A stretch of 64,000 bases of DNA from Rickettsiales bacterium (GTDB taxonomy: Bacteria > Pseudomonadota > Alphaproteobacteria > Rickettsiales > UBA998), in the NCBI GenBank assembly GCA_028279475.1, contig JANQNR010000019.1, positions 6,044 to 70,043 of the forward strand. The letters are read 5' to 3'. The notes below the pieces were generated by a model. It ran no database searches. It was given only the letters and a program-made list of their open reading frames with translations, and was not told the DNA's origin. This document shows positions 1 to 9,037 of the stretch, piece after piece (position 1 is the stretch's first letter; each line of letters begins with the position of its first letter). Position numbers and translations under genes: made by a program.

Positions 1-881
1 ATTTTCATGAGTGACGCCGCCAATCCGTTCAGGACGCCATGCAGATCAGTTAATGGCTCATGTCCCGCCAGTGCGGCAAATTTGTTTGGCGCGGTGATAA
101 AAGGTAGACCGGTCGTATTGGCGACATCCGCCGCAAATTTCTCGGCGAAGCCTTTTTTACTGTTAATGCCGGTACCGACGGCAGTGCCGCCCTGTGCCAA
201 TTGGTAGACGCCATGCAGCGCGGCATCATCTTTCAGAGCGCATAAAGCATAGTCCAGCTGTGCCACATAACCGGAAAACTCTTGTCCCAGTGTCAGGGGG
301 GTGGCATCCTGCAAATGGGTGCGCCCGATTTTTATGATCGAAGCAAACGCCTCTGACTTTTCTTGCAATGCATCGCGTAATTGCTGCAGTGAAGGGCGCA
401 GAGAATGGACGATTTCCTCTGCCACGGCAATGTGGATAGCCGTGGGGAAAGTGTCATTGGACGATTGCCCCATATTGACGTGGTCATTAGGGTGTACAGG
501 GGATTTGCTGCCCATTTCTCCACCAAGCATTTCAATTGCCCGATTGGCAATAACTTCGTTTGAATTCATGTTGGATTGGGTGCCGGAGCCGGTTTGCCAG
601 ACACGCAGTGGGAAATGGTCGTTGAGCTTGCCATCCATCACTTCACCTGCTGCCTCGGCAATGGCACCGCCAATCGCTTCTTCTAACACACCCATTTCCA
701 TATTCGCACGGGCGGCGGAGCGTTTCAAAATGCCTAATGCACGAATCATTGGAATGGGCATGGTCTCATTGCCAATATCAAAATTGATCAGGGAGCGAGC
801 CGTTTGTGCACCGTAATAGCGATCTGACGGTACGTCCAATTCTCCGAATGTATCCGATTCTCTACGCATTGTGGTTGACAT
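1..881 (-). CDS. fumC: Fumarate hydratase class II (3' part outside window)
   Basis: Manual translation from ATG at 881 (RBS GGAGG): [30 protein letters not shown]...[17 protein letters not shown]...[18 protein letters not shown]...[22 protein letters not shown]. Missing from the ORF track because it runs off the edge. Confidence 0.97.
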   Translation of the reverse strand, partial: MSTTMRRESDTFGELDVPSDRYYGAQTARSLINFDIGNETMPIPMIRALGILKRSAARANMEMGVLEEAIGGAIAEAAGEVMDGKLNDHFPLRVWQTGSGTQSNMNSNEVIANRAIEMLGGEMGSKSPVHPNDHVNMGQSSNDTFPTAIHIAVAEEIVHSLRPSLQQLRDALQEKSEAFASIIKIGRTHLQDATPLTLGQEFSGYVAQLDYALCALKDDAALHGVYQLAQGGTAVGTGINSKKGFAEKFAADVANTTGLPFITAPNKFAALAGHEPLTDLHGVLNGLAASLMK

Positions 882-931
882 GAACTATCCTCCATGTTTG
901 TTATGTAGGGTTGATTACCTTTAGAGAGCTT

Positions 932-1870
932 ATGACTCAGAAAAAATCCAGCACTTTTTCTCAAACCGTTCCGGCACCGATGGATAAACTGGTGGTTGCC
1001 GGATTATTGTGGTTTGTCGCCAAGGGCGTATTTGATGTTCTCGTTAATTCCGACATGCGGTTTCTGAGCGATGTATATGGATACCATCCGTTCCAACTGG
1101 TGTTTTTTTATAGTGCGATAGCAGCCGCAGCCTATCTGCCGTCGGTCATACGCAATCCAGGGCAATACCGTACTGAAAGGCCGCGTTTATATATTGCACG
1201 AGGTGTGTTGGAGGTCATTGGGTTTACGCTGATTTTTACTGCTGTGACAATGATGCCGTTTGCGATGTTCACTGTGCTGACGTTTATCACGCCGGTTATT
1301 GCATCATTGGTAGCGGTGCGTTTTCTAGGAGAAGAAATGACGGCGCGCAAATGGATTGGTCTAGCACTCGGTTTTACCGGGGTGGTAATCGTATCCCGTC
1401 CGGAAGCGATGGAAGCATTCAATCTGGGAGTGTTGCTGATTATTGGGGCAGCCTTCTGCTTTGCTTTTTGTGCGATTACCATCCGTTCACTGGCGCGTAC
1501 GGAACCGCCATCCCGCATTGCGTTTGTGACGTTGGTATTGATGGCATTATTTTCCTTGCCGCTGGCAATACCAAACTGGCAAACGCCGACGCTGGAGCAT
1601 GTGCCATATCTGGCCTTGCTGGCTATTGGTGCGGCAGGGGCACAATTTTGTGTTGGTATGGCGTTGCAGCGTGTTGACGTCACGACCGTCCAGCCAATTG
1701 GCTTCCTGACACTGATATGGTCATCCGTTATTGGCTTTTTATGGTTTGACGAAGTCGTGGAGTGGGCAACGATTATTGGTGCTGTATGCATTGTTGCGGG
1801 AATTACCTATAGTGTTCGTCGTCCAACCACGTATGACCGCGTGATGCCCGGCACCCAGCCAACGCCGTAG
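932..1870 (+). CDS. DMT/EamA family transporter
   Basis: About 10 hydrophobic helices, two EamA-like halves, motif FLGEEM..RKWIGL.LGF.GV.IV.RP. Confidence 0.88.
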   Translation: MTQKKSSTFSQTVPAPMDKLVVAGLLWFVAKGVFDVLVNSDMRFLSDVYGYHPFQLVFFYSAIAAAAYLPSVIRNPGQYRTERPRLYIARGVLEVIGFTLIFTAVTMMPFAMFTVLTFITPVIASLVAVRFLGEEMTARKWIGLALGFTGVVIVSRPEAMEAFNLGVLLIIGAAFCFAFCAITIRSLARTEPPSRIAFVTLVLMALFSLPLAIPNWQTPTLEHVPYLALLAIGAAGAQFCVGMALQRVDVTTVQPIGFLTLIWSSVIGFLWFDEVVEWATIIGAVCIVAGITYSVRRPTTYDRVMPGTQPTP

Positions 1871-2007
1871 TCGGCTTTCTTCCAACATATTCTGCGAAAG
1901 CACTTGTCCTTATAGACAATTTTAAAGGATTAACCCGGTATCATTTGATTTGTCCGGCAGATGTCTTTATACAAGTCCGGGTATCACGAATCAGGAGTAT
2001 CAAAAGA

Positions 2008-3243
2008 ATGGCTATTTCCGGAACCAACCGCAATGCATTGCAACGTTTTTTTGCAATGGAATCCGCAGGAGGCATTCTTTTGATGATGGCAGCCGTGTTG
2101 GCGATTGTCTGTGCCAACACGATACTGGTCAACACCTATGATACGTTCCTGGGAACAAAATTCACCATCGGTTTCGGTGAGGAATGGAAGATTGCCAAGC
2201 CGTTGCTTCTCTGGATTAATGACGGACTCATGGCCGTGTTCTTCTTCCTGGTGGGGATGGAGATCAAGCGCGAACTGCTGGAAGGTGAACTCTCCACTGT
2301 TAAAAAGGCGACCCTGCCCTTAGTGGCTGCTCTAGGAGGGGTTGCTGCCCCCGCACTGATTTTTGTCTATTTCAATATCGGAGATGAAACCGGGATGCGT
2401 GGCTGGGCAATTCCTACCGCCACCGACATTGCTTTTGCATTGGGTCTGCTGGCACTATTCGGATCGCGCGTACCAGTATCCTTAAAAGTCTTTCTGACGG
2501 CTGTGGCAGTGATTGACGATCTGATTGCCGTGATGATTATTGCGCTGTTTTATACGGATAATATTTCCATGCTGTCACTGGCCGTGTCCGCCGTGTGCTT
2601 CCTGTTTTTACTGAGTATAAATCTGCGAGGTGTTAATAAGATGGCGCCGTATATCGTGGTCGGGTTGATTATGTGGGTGGCGGTGTTGAAATCCGGTGTC
2701 CATGCAACCATTGCCGGAGTAGTCTTAGGCTTCCTCATTCCACTGCGTGTAAAGGATGAGCAGGGAAAATCACTGCTGAAACATACAGAACATGGTCTAC
2801 ACCCATGGGTTGCTTATCTAGTGCTGCCGGTCTTTGCCTTTGCTAATGCCGGCATTAAATTTGATGGCATTACTTGGGAGCAGTTAAAAGACCCGGTACC
2901 TCTCGGGATTGCGCTGGGACTGTTTGTCGGGAAGCAGATCGGGGTCTTCCTGATGGCTGCATTGATGGTGATTAGCGGGTTGGCGAAAAAGCCGGAAGGA
3001 TCGACCTGGCCGCAATTCTATGCTATCTGTATGATGTGTGGTATCGGCTTTACCATGAGTCTGTTTATCGGAGGACTAGCCTATGACAGTGCATTCCTGC
3101 TCACGGAAACCAAGCTGGGCGTCATGCTGGGCTCGCTGGCCTCCGGGATTGTCAGCTATGTGATTCTCAGTTTTTCACTGAAGCGGGGGAGTAATACGTC
3201 GCCTTATGATGTGGTGTCGTCCTCATCCGGGAAAACAGCTTAG
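2008..3243 (+). CDS. nhaA: Na+/H+ antiporter NhaA
   Basis: WINDGLMAVFF, GWAIPTATDIAF, VIDDL, KSGVHAT, CGIGFTMSLFI motifs. Confidence 0.96.
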   Translation: MAISGTNRNALQRFFAMESAGGILLMMAAVLAIVCANTILVNTYDTFLGTKFTIGFGEEWKIAKPLLLWINDGLMAVFFFLVGMEIKRELLEGELSTVKKATLPLVAALGGVAAPALIFVYFNIGDETGMRGWAIPTATDIAFALGLLALFGSRVPVSLKVFLTAVAVIDDLIAVMIIALFYTDNISMLSLAVSAVCFLFLLSINLRGVNKMAPYIVVGLIMWVAVLKSGVHATIAGVVLGFLIPLRVKDEQGKSLLKHTEHGLHPWVAYLVLPVFAFANAGIKFDGITWEQLKDPVPLGIALGLFVGKQIGVFLMAALMVISGLAKKPEGSTWPQFYAICMMCGIGFTMSLFIGGLAYDSAFLLTETKLGVMLGSLASGIVSYVILSFSLKRGSNTSPYDVVSSSSGKTA

Positions 3244-4250
3244 GCTCTCTTTAGACGACAAAGCCTGAGCACTTTCTGATCGGCCTGCGAGAGTGGTAGG
3301 TGGCCAATAGCGTCGCGATGATGCCAGCCATCAGGAGACGATTCGTCCTGGTTCAGTGATAGTTGATAAACCTGTGCATCAAGCTGAAAATGCGAATAGG
3401 TCTGCCGTACCTGTCCCAGATGTTCGAGCGTGGCAACCTCGTAATGCTGATCATCGAATGACAGCGTGGCGGCCGGATCGTATTCGGGAAACCCGTAAAG
3501 CCCCCCCAGAAAGGCACTGTGTCTTGGAGTAAGGTAGAGCCGTTCACCGTCGGTTGGTACCAGAATATATTTATGTCGTACCGGAATACGTTTTTTAGCT
3601 TTGGGTGCAGGATAGTCTTGGGGCGATGTTTTTCCCTCACATACGTCAGCTAGGGGGCATTGGTGGCAGGCCGGATTCGTCGGCGTGCATATCAGCGCGC
3701 CGATATCCATCATCGCCTGATTATGGGTGAAGGGATCGGCGCAGTTGACGCATTGCTGCGCCAGTGCCCATATCTCTGCCTCACGTAGCTTCGGCGAGGC
3801 GACCAGCCGGTGCAATACGCGCTTCACATTGGCCTCCATCACCGGTACCGGCTGATGATAGGCGAAGGCGGCAATGGCATGGGCGGTGTTGCGGCCGATA
3901 CCCGGCAGTGTCATCAGTCCGTCAACCGTTTCCGGCAGGGCAGGGGTGCACAGCTGCGCTGCCTTGTGCAGATTGCGCGCTCGTGTGTAATAGCCCAGCC
4001 CTTCCCATGCTTTCAGCACCTCTTCCAGCAGAGACTCCGCCAGCGCCTGCAATGTCGGGAAACGCTCCAGAAACGGCGTGTAATAGCGCTCCAGCACGGT
4101 GCGCACCTGCGTCTGTTGCAGCATGATTTCGCTGATATAGATGTGGTATGGATTGTTCGTGTTGCGCCAGGGCAGGGTGCGACGGCCATGGGTCTGATAC
4201 CAGGCCGTCAGGGCTTCATGAGGAAAATCGATTGATTTCAGCGTGTTCAT
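3240..4250 (-). CDS. mutY: A/G-specific adenine glycosylase
   Basis: ISEIMLQQT, GLGYY.RARNLH, HhH LPGIGR.TA, 4Fe-4S C-x6-C-x2-C-x5-C. Confidence 0.95.
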   Translation of the reverse strand: MNTLKSIDFPHEALTAWYQTHGRRTLPWRNTNNPYHIYISEIMLQQTQVRTVLERYYTPFLERFPTLQALAESLLEEVLKAWEGLGYYTRARNLHKAAQLCTPALPETVDGLMTLPGIGRNTAHAIAAFAYHQPVPVMEANVKRVLHRLVASPKLREAEIWALAQQCVNCADPFTHNQAMMDIGALICTPTNPACHQCPLADVCEGKTSPQDYPAPKAKKRIPVRHKYILVPTDGERLYLTPRHSAFLGGLYGFPEYDPAATLSFDDQHYEVATLEHLGQVRQTYSHFQLDAQVYQLSLNQDESSPDGWHHRDAIGHLPLSQADQKVLRLCRLKRA

Positions 4251-4297
4251 CGGGTATTATGTGGACAATTCTTTATATTTGAGGAGTGTTCTTTTTT

Positions 4298-4513
4298 ATG
4301 GAATCAAAGAATGTTAATCAAAAGATTCCTGAAAAAAGCATTTTAGTATATCTCAGAGATCATGGAGGGCAATGTCCCAAAATGAGCATATTGAGTGATC
4401 ATTTGCAATACAAAGCGAGTGATTTAACAGCTGCAATTGCATGTCTGGTAAGACTAAAGTTAATAGTTGATCAGCAAGATACGCTGCTGATCAACAAAAA
4501 CAGAAACTCATGA
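4298..4513 (+). CDS. Small hypothetical protein, possible winged helix
   Basis: AT-rich 71-aa ORF with RBS GAGGAG; wHTH-like spacing (ILVYL...ILSDHL...LTAAIACLVRLKLIV). Confidence 0.5.
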   Translation: MESKNVNQKIPEKSILVYLRDHGGQCPKMSILSDHLQYKASDLTAAIACLVRLKLIVDQQDTLLINKNRNS

Positions 4514-4647
4514 GCTGATCTTGTATCGGCTCTTTTTTTGCCTGTTAATTCTGCCCGACTTCCTCCATTTGGTATTTGTGCCGGTCTGTGCTATACTGCC
4601 AGTTACTGTCTACTTGGCACCTCACCAACTAACTTGAAATATTTTTT

Positions 4648-5496
4648 ATGTTCTGCCAAATGTTTCCCCGTTTTCTGCGTCTGACGTTCAGCATGGCGCT
4701 GTCTGTTCTGTTTATAGCCACAACTGCCGCCGCCTCCTCAGGGGGATGGGATCGGCAGGGGAAACGCTACGCTAAGGAACCCTATAAAATTCTATTTTAT
4801 GGTGACAGTATCATGAGCGGCTATGGTTTGCCCGATCCCGAGCAATCTGCCTTTGGAATCATCAAGCAGACTTTTCAGGACAAGCACGATATTGACCGTC
4901 CGGTGCTGTTTCTCAATATGTCGCACGAGGGGGAAACCACCTCTTCCGCCGTGACCCGGATTAAGCAGGCCATTGCCCTGAAACCGGACGTAATGGTGCT
5001 GGCCATCGGTAATAATGATGCGCGGCGCGGTGTTGACCCGGACATTGTCTATAACAACCTCAACATCATCCTGCGGGATTTATCACGCTTCGGTATTTAT
5101 ACGCTGCTGACAGGTATGCAGGCGCATCAGTCGATGGGGTATACGTATCTGTCCAAGTTTAATGGGGTGTATGACAAGGTAGCGCAGGTCAACCCAGTTG
5201 TGTTTATGCCGTACCTGTTGGAGGGAGTAGCCGGTAACCGGATGCTGATGCAAAGAGATGGCGCTCACCCGAACATGCAGGGGCATAAAGTTGTTGCTGA
5301 CAATCTGGATAACTACTTATGGCGCATGGTGGATCGGAAAAAGCGGCAGCGCCGTGCGAATGAGGAAAAGGAACGCTGGCGGCAATATATGATTCAGCGC
5401 AATAAAGGGCGTCGCGAACTGGGGCAGCCACCGCTTTATACGCAGGAGGAGATCGATAATGTGACGATCTACCAGGAAAAGCAGAAATATAGATAA
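4648..5496 (+). CDS. SGNH/GDSL arylesterase (TesA-like), exported, with charged C-terminal extension
   Basis: GDS block (FYGDSIMSGYG), GNND block, DGAHPN catalytic D-x-x-H; signal-peptide-like N-terminus. Confidence 0.88.
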   Translation: MFCQMFPRFLRLTFSMALSVLFIATTAAASSGGWDRQGKRYAKEPYKILFYGDSIMSGYGLPDPEQSAFGIIKQTFQDKHDIDRPVLFLNMSHEGETTSSAVTRIKQAIALKPDVMVLAIGNNDARRGVDPDIVYNNLNIILRDLSRFGIYTLLTGMQAHQSMGYTYLSKFNGVYDKVAQVNPVVFMPYLLEGVAGNRMLMQRDGAHPNMQGHKVVADNLDNYLWRMVDRKKRQRRANEEKERWRQYMIQRNKGRRELGQPPLYTQEEIDNVTIYQEKQKYR

Positions 5497-5528
5497 CTGG
5501 CTGTTTTCAGTTGGCAGTTAGCTGCTGA

Positions 5529-5720
5529 CTAGTAAAAATAATAATAGAAAAAATCTTCGATTGGTTCCAGCACTTCTCGCATATACTGCATCGTGGTAGT
5601 GGCGATATGCGATAACTTAGATTCCCACGGCATCCCCTGCAATTGCGGTAGTTGCGTCAGCGCGACCAGCACAAACGCAAAGAATACGAAGGTAAAGATC
5701 ATACTTTTCATGGCATCCAT
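5529..5720 (-). CDS. Small membrane hypothetical protein
   Basis: 63-aa ORF with one N-terminal TM helix, filling the gap between flanking genes. Confidence 0.5.
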   Translation of the reverse strand: MDAMKSMIFTFVFFAFVLVALTQLPQLQGMPWESKLSHIATTTMQYMREVLEPIEDFFYYYFY

Positions 5721-5796
5721 ACAGCCTGTTATAGCATGAATGACCGGTAGAATTCATTACTTTATTTTTACGCGTATCCATGCTTCACCTGATTGC

Positions 5797-7848
5797 ATGA
5801 CGTTTCTTCCTCTCCCCTGGCAGCGCTGGTTTAACGGTGTGCCGATCTGGCTTGGTGCCGGGATGCTGGGATATTTTGCTCTATCTTCTGCTGTGTCTTC
5901 ATGGCTGGTAGTCCCATTGGCAATGTTATTGCCTGCCTTATGGTGGTTGCGAGAGCGTCATGGATGGCTGCAGGCAGGATTGGCGCTTTGTGCAGGGTTA
6001 TTGGGGCTGTGGTGGTGTAGCTGGTCAATGGGGCAGCAGGATACATCCATGCTCAGCCGCCAATATCGCTTCGCACCGATAACCGCAACTGTAGCGCAGA
6101 TCAGTGCCATTGATGCCAGCAGTGCACGGCTGGTACTGAAGGAAACGGAAAGTCAAGAATTTCTGCCCGAAGATCAGGGCGTGACCATTCGTTTGAAAGC
6201 CCGACGGGGCATTGAGGATCTCCAGCCGGGTGACCGCATTGCGTTGAAGGTGACCGTTTTTCCTCCGTCGCGCCCTTCCTATCCCGGCGCTTTCGATTTC
6301 GGGCTGTATTTTTCCCAGCGTAACATTGGCGGCGTTGGGTATGCTACCGGCGATATAGCGATCCTGGAACCTGTTGAATCTTCAGATATTCTGGCTTTTG
6401 CTGCGTTACGCCAGCAATTGCAGCAGGTGCTGTTACGGGATTTGTTGCAACCGGAGGCAGGGATTGCCGTGGCGCTGACGACCGGTGAGAAAACCGCGAT
6501 TGCTCCAGCGGTTCGAGAGGCAATGACGGCCTCCGGACTGGCACATATGCTGGCTATTTCCGGGATGCATATGGCGATTGTCTGTGGGCTAGTGTTTTTT
6601 GGTGTGCGGTTTGTGTTGGCAGCAATACCGGCGCTGGCATTGCGCTATCCGATCAAGCAATATGCGGCCTTATTCGGGTTGGTAAGCGGTGCATTATATC
6701 TGGCACTTGCAGGGTTTCCCATTTCCGCCACACGTGCCTATACCATGGTAGCGCTCATGTTTACCGCAATTCTCTTATACCGTGATGCGGATGCGTTGCG
6801 TTCTCTGGTGTTGGCCGCATTGTTATTGTTATTGATTAATCCAGCCAGTGTCATGGACATCGGCTTTCAGCTTTCCTTTTCAGCGACGCTGGCGCTGATT
6901 CTGGCATATCGACGGTTGCGTGGATGGCATGGCTGGTTGCGAGAACGAATACACTCGCACCTGTTGCGAGCGGCTATCTATATATTGGAGGCAGGTTTAA
7001 GTTCACTGATTGCAACCTTTGCTACTGCGCCGCTGATTATCTATCATTTCAACCAGTTGCCTGCTTATAGTCTGCTGGCCAATATGCTGGCATTACCATT
7101 ACTGAGCCTGCTGGTCGCTCCGATGTTGGTGTTGGCATTGCTGCTATCACTGTTGGGTCTGTATCACTGGCCGTTGGAAGCAGCAGGATATGGGTTGTTT
7201 GTTATTACGTCCGTTGCTGAGTGGGTGGCCGCATTGCCGTATGCGACATTCCAGGTTCCGGCACCCCATGGGTTAGCGATAATATTGATGCTGGCTGGTG
7301 TTTTTGGGATGTTGATTGCCCGGCGCTTCTTATGGGGATTGGCCTGTATGGTAATGGTTTTGGGTACAGCAGCTACCGGTTACTGGCATACATCACCTCA
7401 TGTATTGATTGCAGAAGATGGCAGCGCAATTGCCGTGCGTGAAGAAGCCGACCGTTGGGTATTATTGAAGGGAACGCCGCGGAATTTCCATGTTGAACAA
7501 TGGCAACAGCGTACGGGTGGTGAGTTTGTATCTCATAAACTGCGTAAGGGTGACATGCAATGGATATGCGACAAGGCGGGCTGTGATGGTACGCTGCACG
7601 GCAAACAGATACGGTTACGATTTGACTATAAGAGTGAAGGGGCGCTGTGTCGTGAAGATACTGACATCCTGATTTCAACATTCTATTCCAACCGCTGGTC
7701 ATGTGCATCAGCTTCGGTAACACGTATTGACCGGGATGCACTGGAAAAGCATGGTGCTCATGCATTGTGGATAGAAGAAGACCAGATACGTTTGTGGCAT
7801 GCATGTCAGAAGCGCATGCACTATCCATGGTCACGGTGCAGCCCTTGA
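5797..7848 (+). CDS. comEC: ComEC/Rec2 competence DNA-uptake channel
   Basis: PGAFDF, GLAHMLAISGMH, SATRA, GFQLSFSAT motifs; multi-TM; alternative start 5740. Confidence 0.92.
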   Translation: MTFLPLPWQRWFNGVPIWLGAGMLGYFALSSAVSSWLVVPLAMLLPALWWLRERHGWLQAGLALCAGLLGLWWCSWSMGQQDTSMLSRQYRFAPITATVAQISAIDASSARLVLKETESQEFLPEDQGVTIRLKARRGIEDLQPGDRIALKVTVFPPSRPSYPGAFDFGLYFSQRNIGGVGYATGDIAILEPVESSDILAFAALRQQLQQVLLRDLLQPEAGIAVALTTGEKTAIAPAVREAMTASGLAHMLAISGMHMAIVCGLVFFGVRFVLAAIPALALRYPIKQYAALFGLVSGALYLALAGFPISATRAYTMVALMFTAILLYRDADALRSLVLAALLLLLINPASVMDIGFQLSFSATLALILAYRRLRGWHGWLRERIHSHLLRAAIYILEAGLSSLIATFATAPLIIYHFNQLPAYSLLANMLALPLLSLLVAPMLVLALLLSLLGLYHWPLEAAGYGLFVITSVAEWVAALPYATFQVPAPHGLAIILMLAGVFGMLIARRFLWGLACMVMVLGTAATGYWHTSPHVLIAEDGSAIAVREEADRWVLLKGTPRNFHVEQWQQRTGGEFVSHKLRKGDMQWICDKAGCDGTLHGKQIRLRFDYKSEGALCREDTDILISTFYSNRWSCASASVTRIDRDALEKHGAHALWIEEDQIRLWHACQKRMHYPWSRCSP

Positions 7849-7902
7849 CGCCTGATGGATTGGTTCGCTATGGTGCGGCAAATATTTTGCAAAGGATATA
7901 TC

Positions 7903-8652
7903 ATGGCCGGCCATTCCAAATTTAAAAACATCATGCACCGCAAGGGAGCACAGGATAAAAAGCGCGGCAAAATTTTCACTCGGCTGATTAAGGAAATCAT
8001 TGTGGCAACGAAGTCCGGGGCACCGGATCCGGCAATGAATCCACGCCTGCGAGCTGCAATTGCCGCCGCCAAAGCTGAAAATATGCCCAAAGATAAGATT
8101 GAAGGCGCGATCAAACGTGGTTCCGGCGAGAATGACGCCGATAATTACGAGGAAATCCGTTATGAAGGTTATGGACAGGGCGGAGTAGCGATTATTGTTG
8201 AAGCGCTGACCGATAATCGTAATCGTACCGCATCAGAAGTGCGCTCCACTTTCTCAAAATATGGCGGCAATCTAGGGGAAACCGGCAGCGTGAGTTTTAT
8301 GTTTGATCGGGTTGGGGAGGTGCGTTACCCGGTCAGCGCTGCATTGGAAGAGGCAATGCTGGAGTCCGCTATAGAGGCTGGCGCCGATGATGTGCAAACA
8401 GATGAAGAAGAGCATAGTGTGATTACGGCGATGGATAGTTTGCATGAAGTTGCAGCAGCGCTGGAAACGGACTATGGAGAACCGCAATCGGCGCGCCTGA
8501 TCTGGCAGCCGCAAACCCTGTCACCATTGGATGCGGAGAAGGGGGCGGGACTTCTCAAGCTGATTGAGATGCTCGATGATCTGGATGATGTGCAGGATGT
8601 CACCACCAATGCCGATTTGCCCGATGATCTGCTGGAGCAGATGAGTGCCTGA
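7903..8652 (+). CDS. yebC: YebC/PmpR family protein
   Basis: [38 protein letters not shown]. Confidence 0.96.
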   Translation: MAGHSKFKNIMHRKGAQDKKRGKIFTRLIKEIIVATKSGAPDPAMNPRLRAAIAAAKAENMPKDKIEGAIKRGSGENDADNYEEIRYEGYGQGGVAIIVEALTDNRNRTASEVRSTFSKYGGNLGETGSVSFMFDRVGEVRYPVSAALEEAMLESAIEAGADDVQTDEEEHSVITAMDSLHEVAAALETDYGEPQSARLIWQPQTLSPLDAEKGAGLLKLIEMLDDLDDVQDVTTNADLPDDLLEQMSA

Positions 8653-9037
8653 GTTTTTTCTGCCGGTACGTGTCTATTATGAGGATACGGATGCCGGGGG
8701 TGTGGTCTATCATGCCAATTATCTGAAATTTGCCGAGCGTTCCCGGAGCGAATGGCTACGCCATCTGGGGTTTGAGCAACGCAATGTGTGGGAAGACCAT
8801 GGTATTGGATTTGTTGTACGCTCCTGCCAGATTGAATATCTGGCACCGGCCAGGCTGGATGATCGGTTGGATGTAAGTTGTGAGGTGGTGGCGTTGACTA
8901 AAACGCGCATTGAAATGATGCAGAAGGTGCATCGTGACGGCGTTATGCTTTGTCACATAAAGGTAGTGCTAGTGTGTGTGGATCGAGGATTAAAGCCTGC
9001 TCGGATACCGGAAACTATGGCATTGTCTCTAGATTAG
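8645..9037 (+). CDS. ybgC: YbgC-family acyl-CoA thioesterase
   Basis: [25 protein letters not shown] signature. Confidence 0.93.
   Translation: MPEFFLPVRVYYEDTDAGGVVYHANYLKFAERSRSEWLRHLGFEQRNVWEDHGIGFVVRSCQIEYLAPARLDDRLDVSCEVVALTKTRIEMMQKVHRDGVMLCHIKVVLVCVDRGLKPARIPETMALSLD

Noticed and set aside
7-816. Plus-strand ORFs 7-207 and 301-816, and other long antisense ORFs (1132, 25265, 42470, 47568, 51796, 63052, 63613)
   Set aside because: Antisense shadows of fumC, the DMT transporter, argG, ahcY, purU, gatB and cysN.
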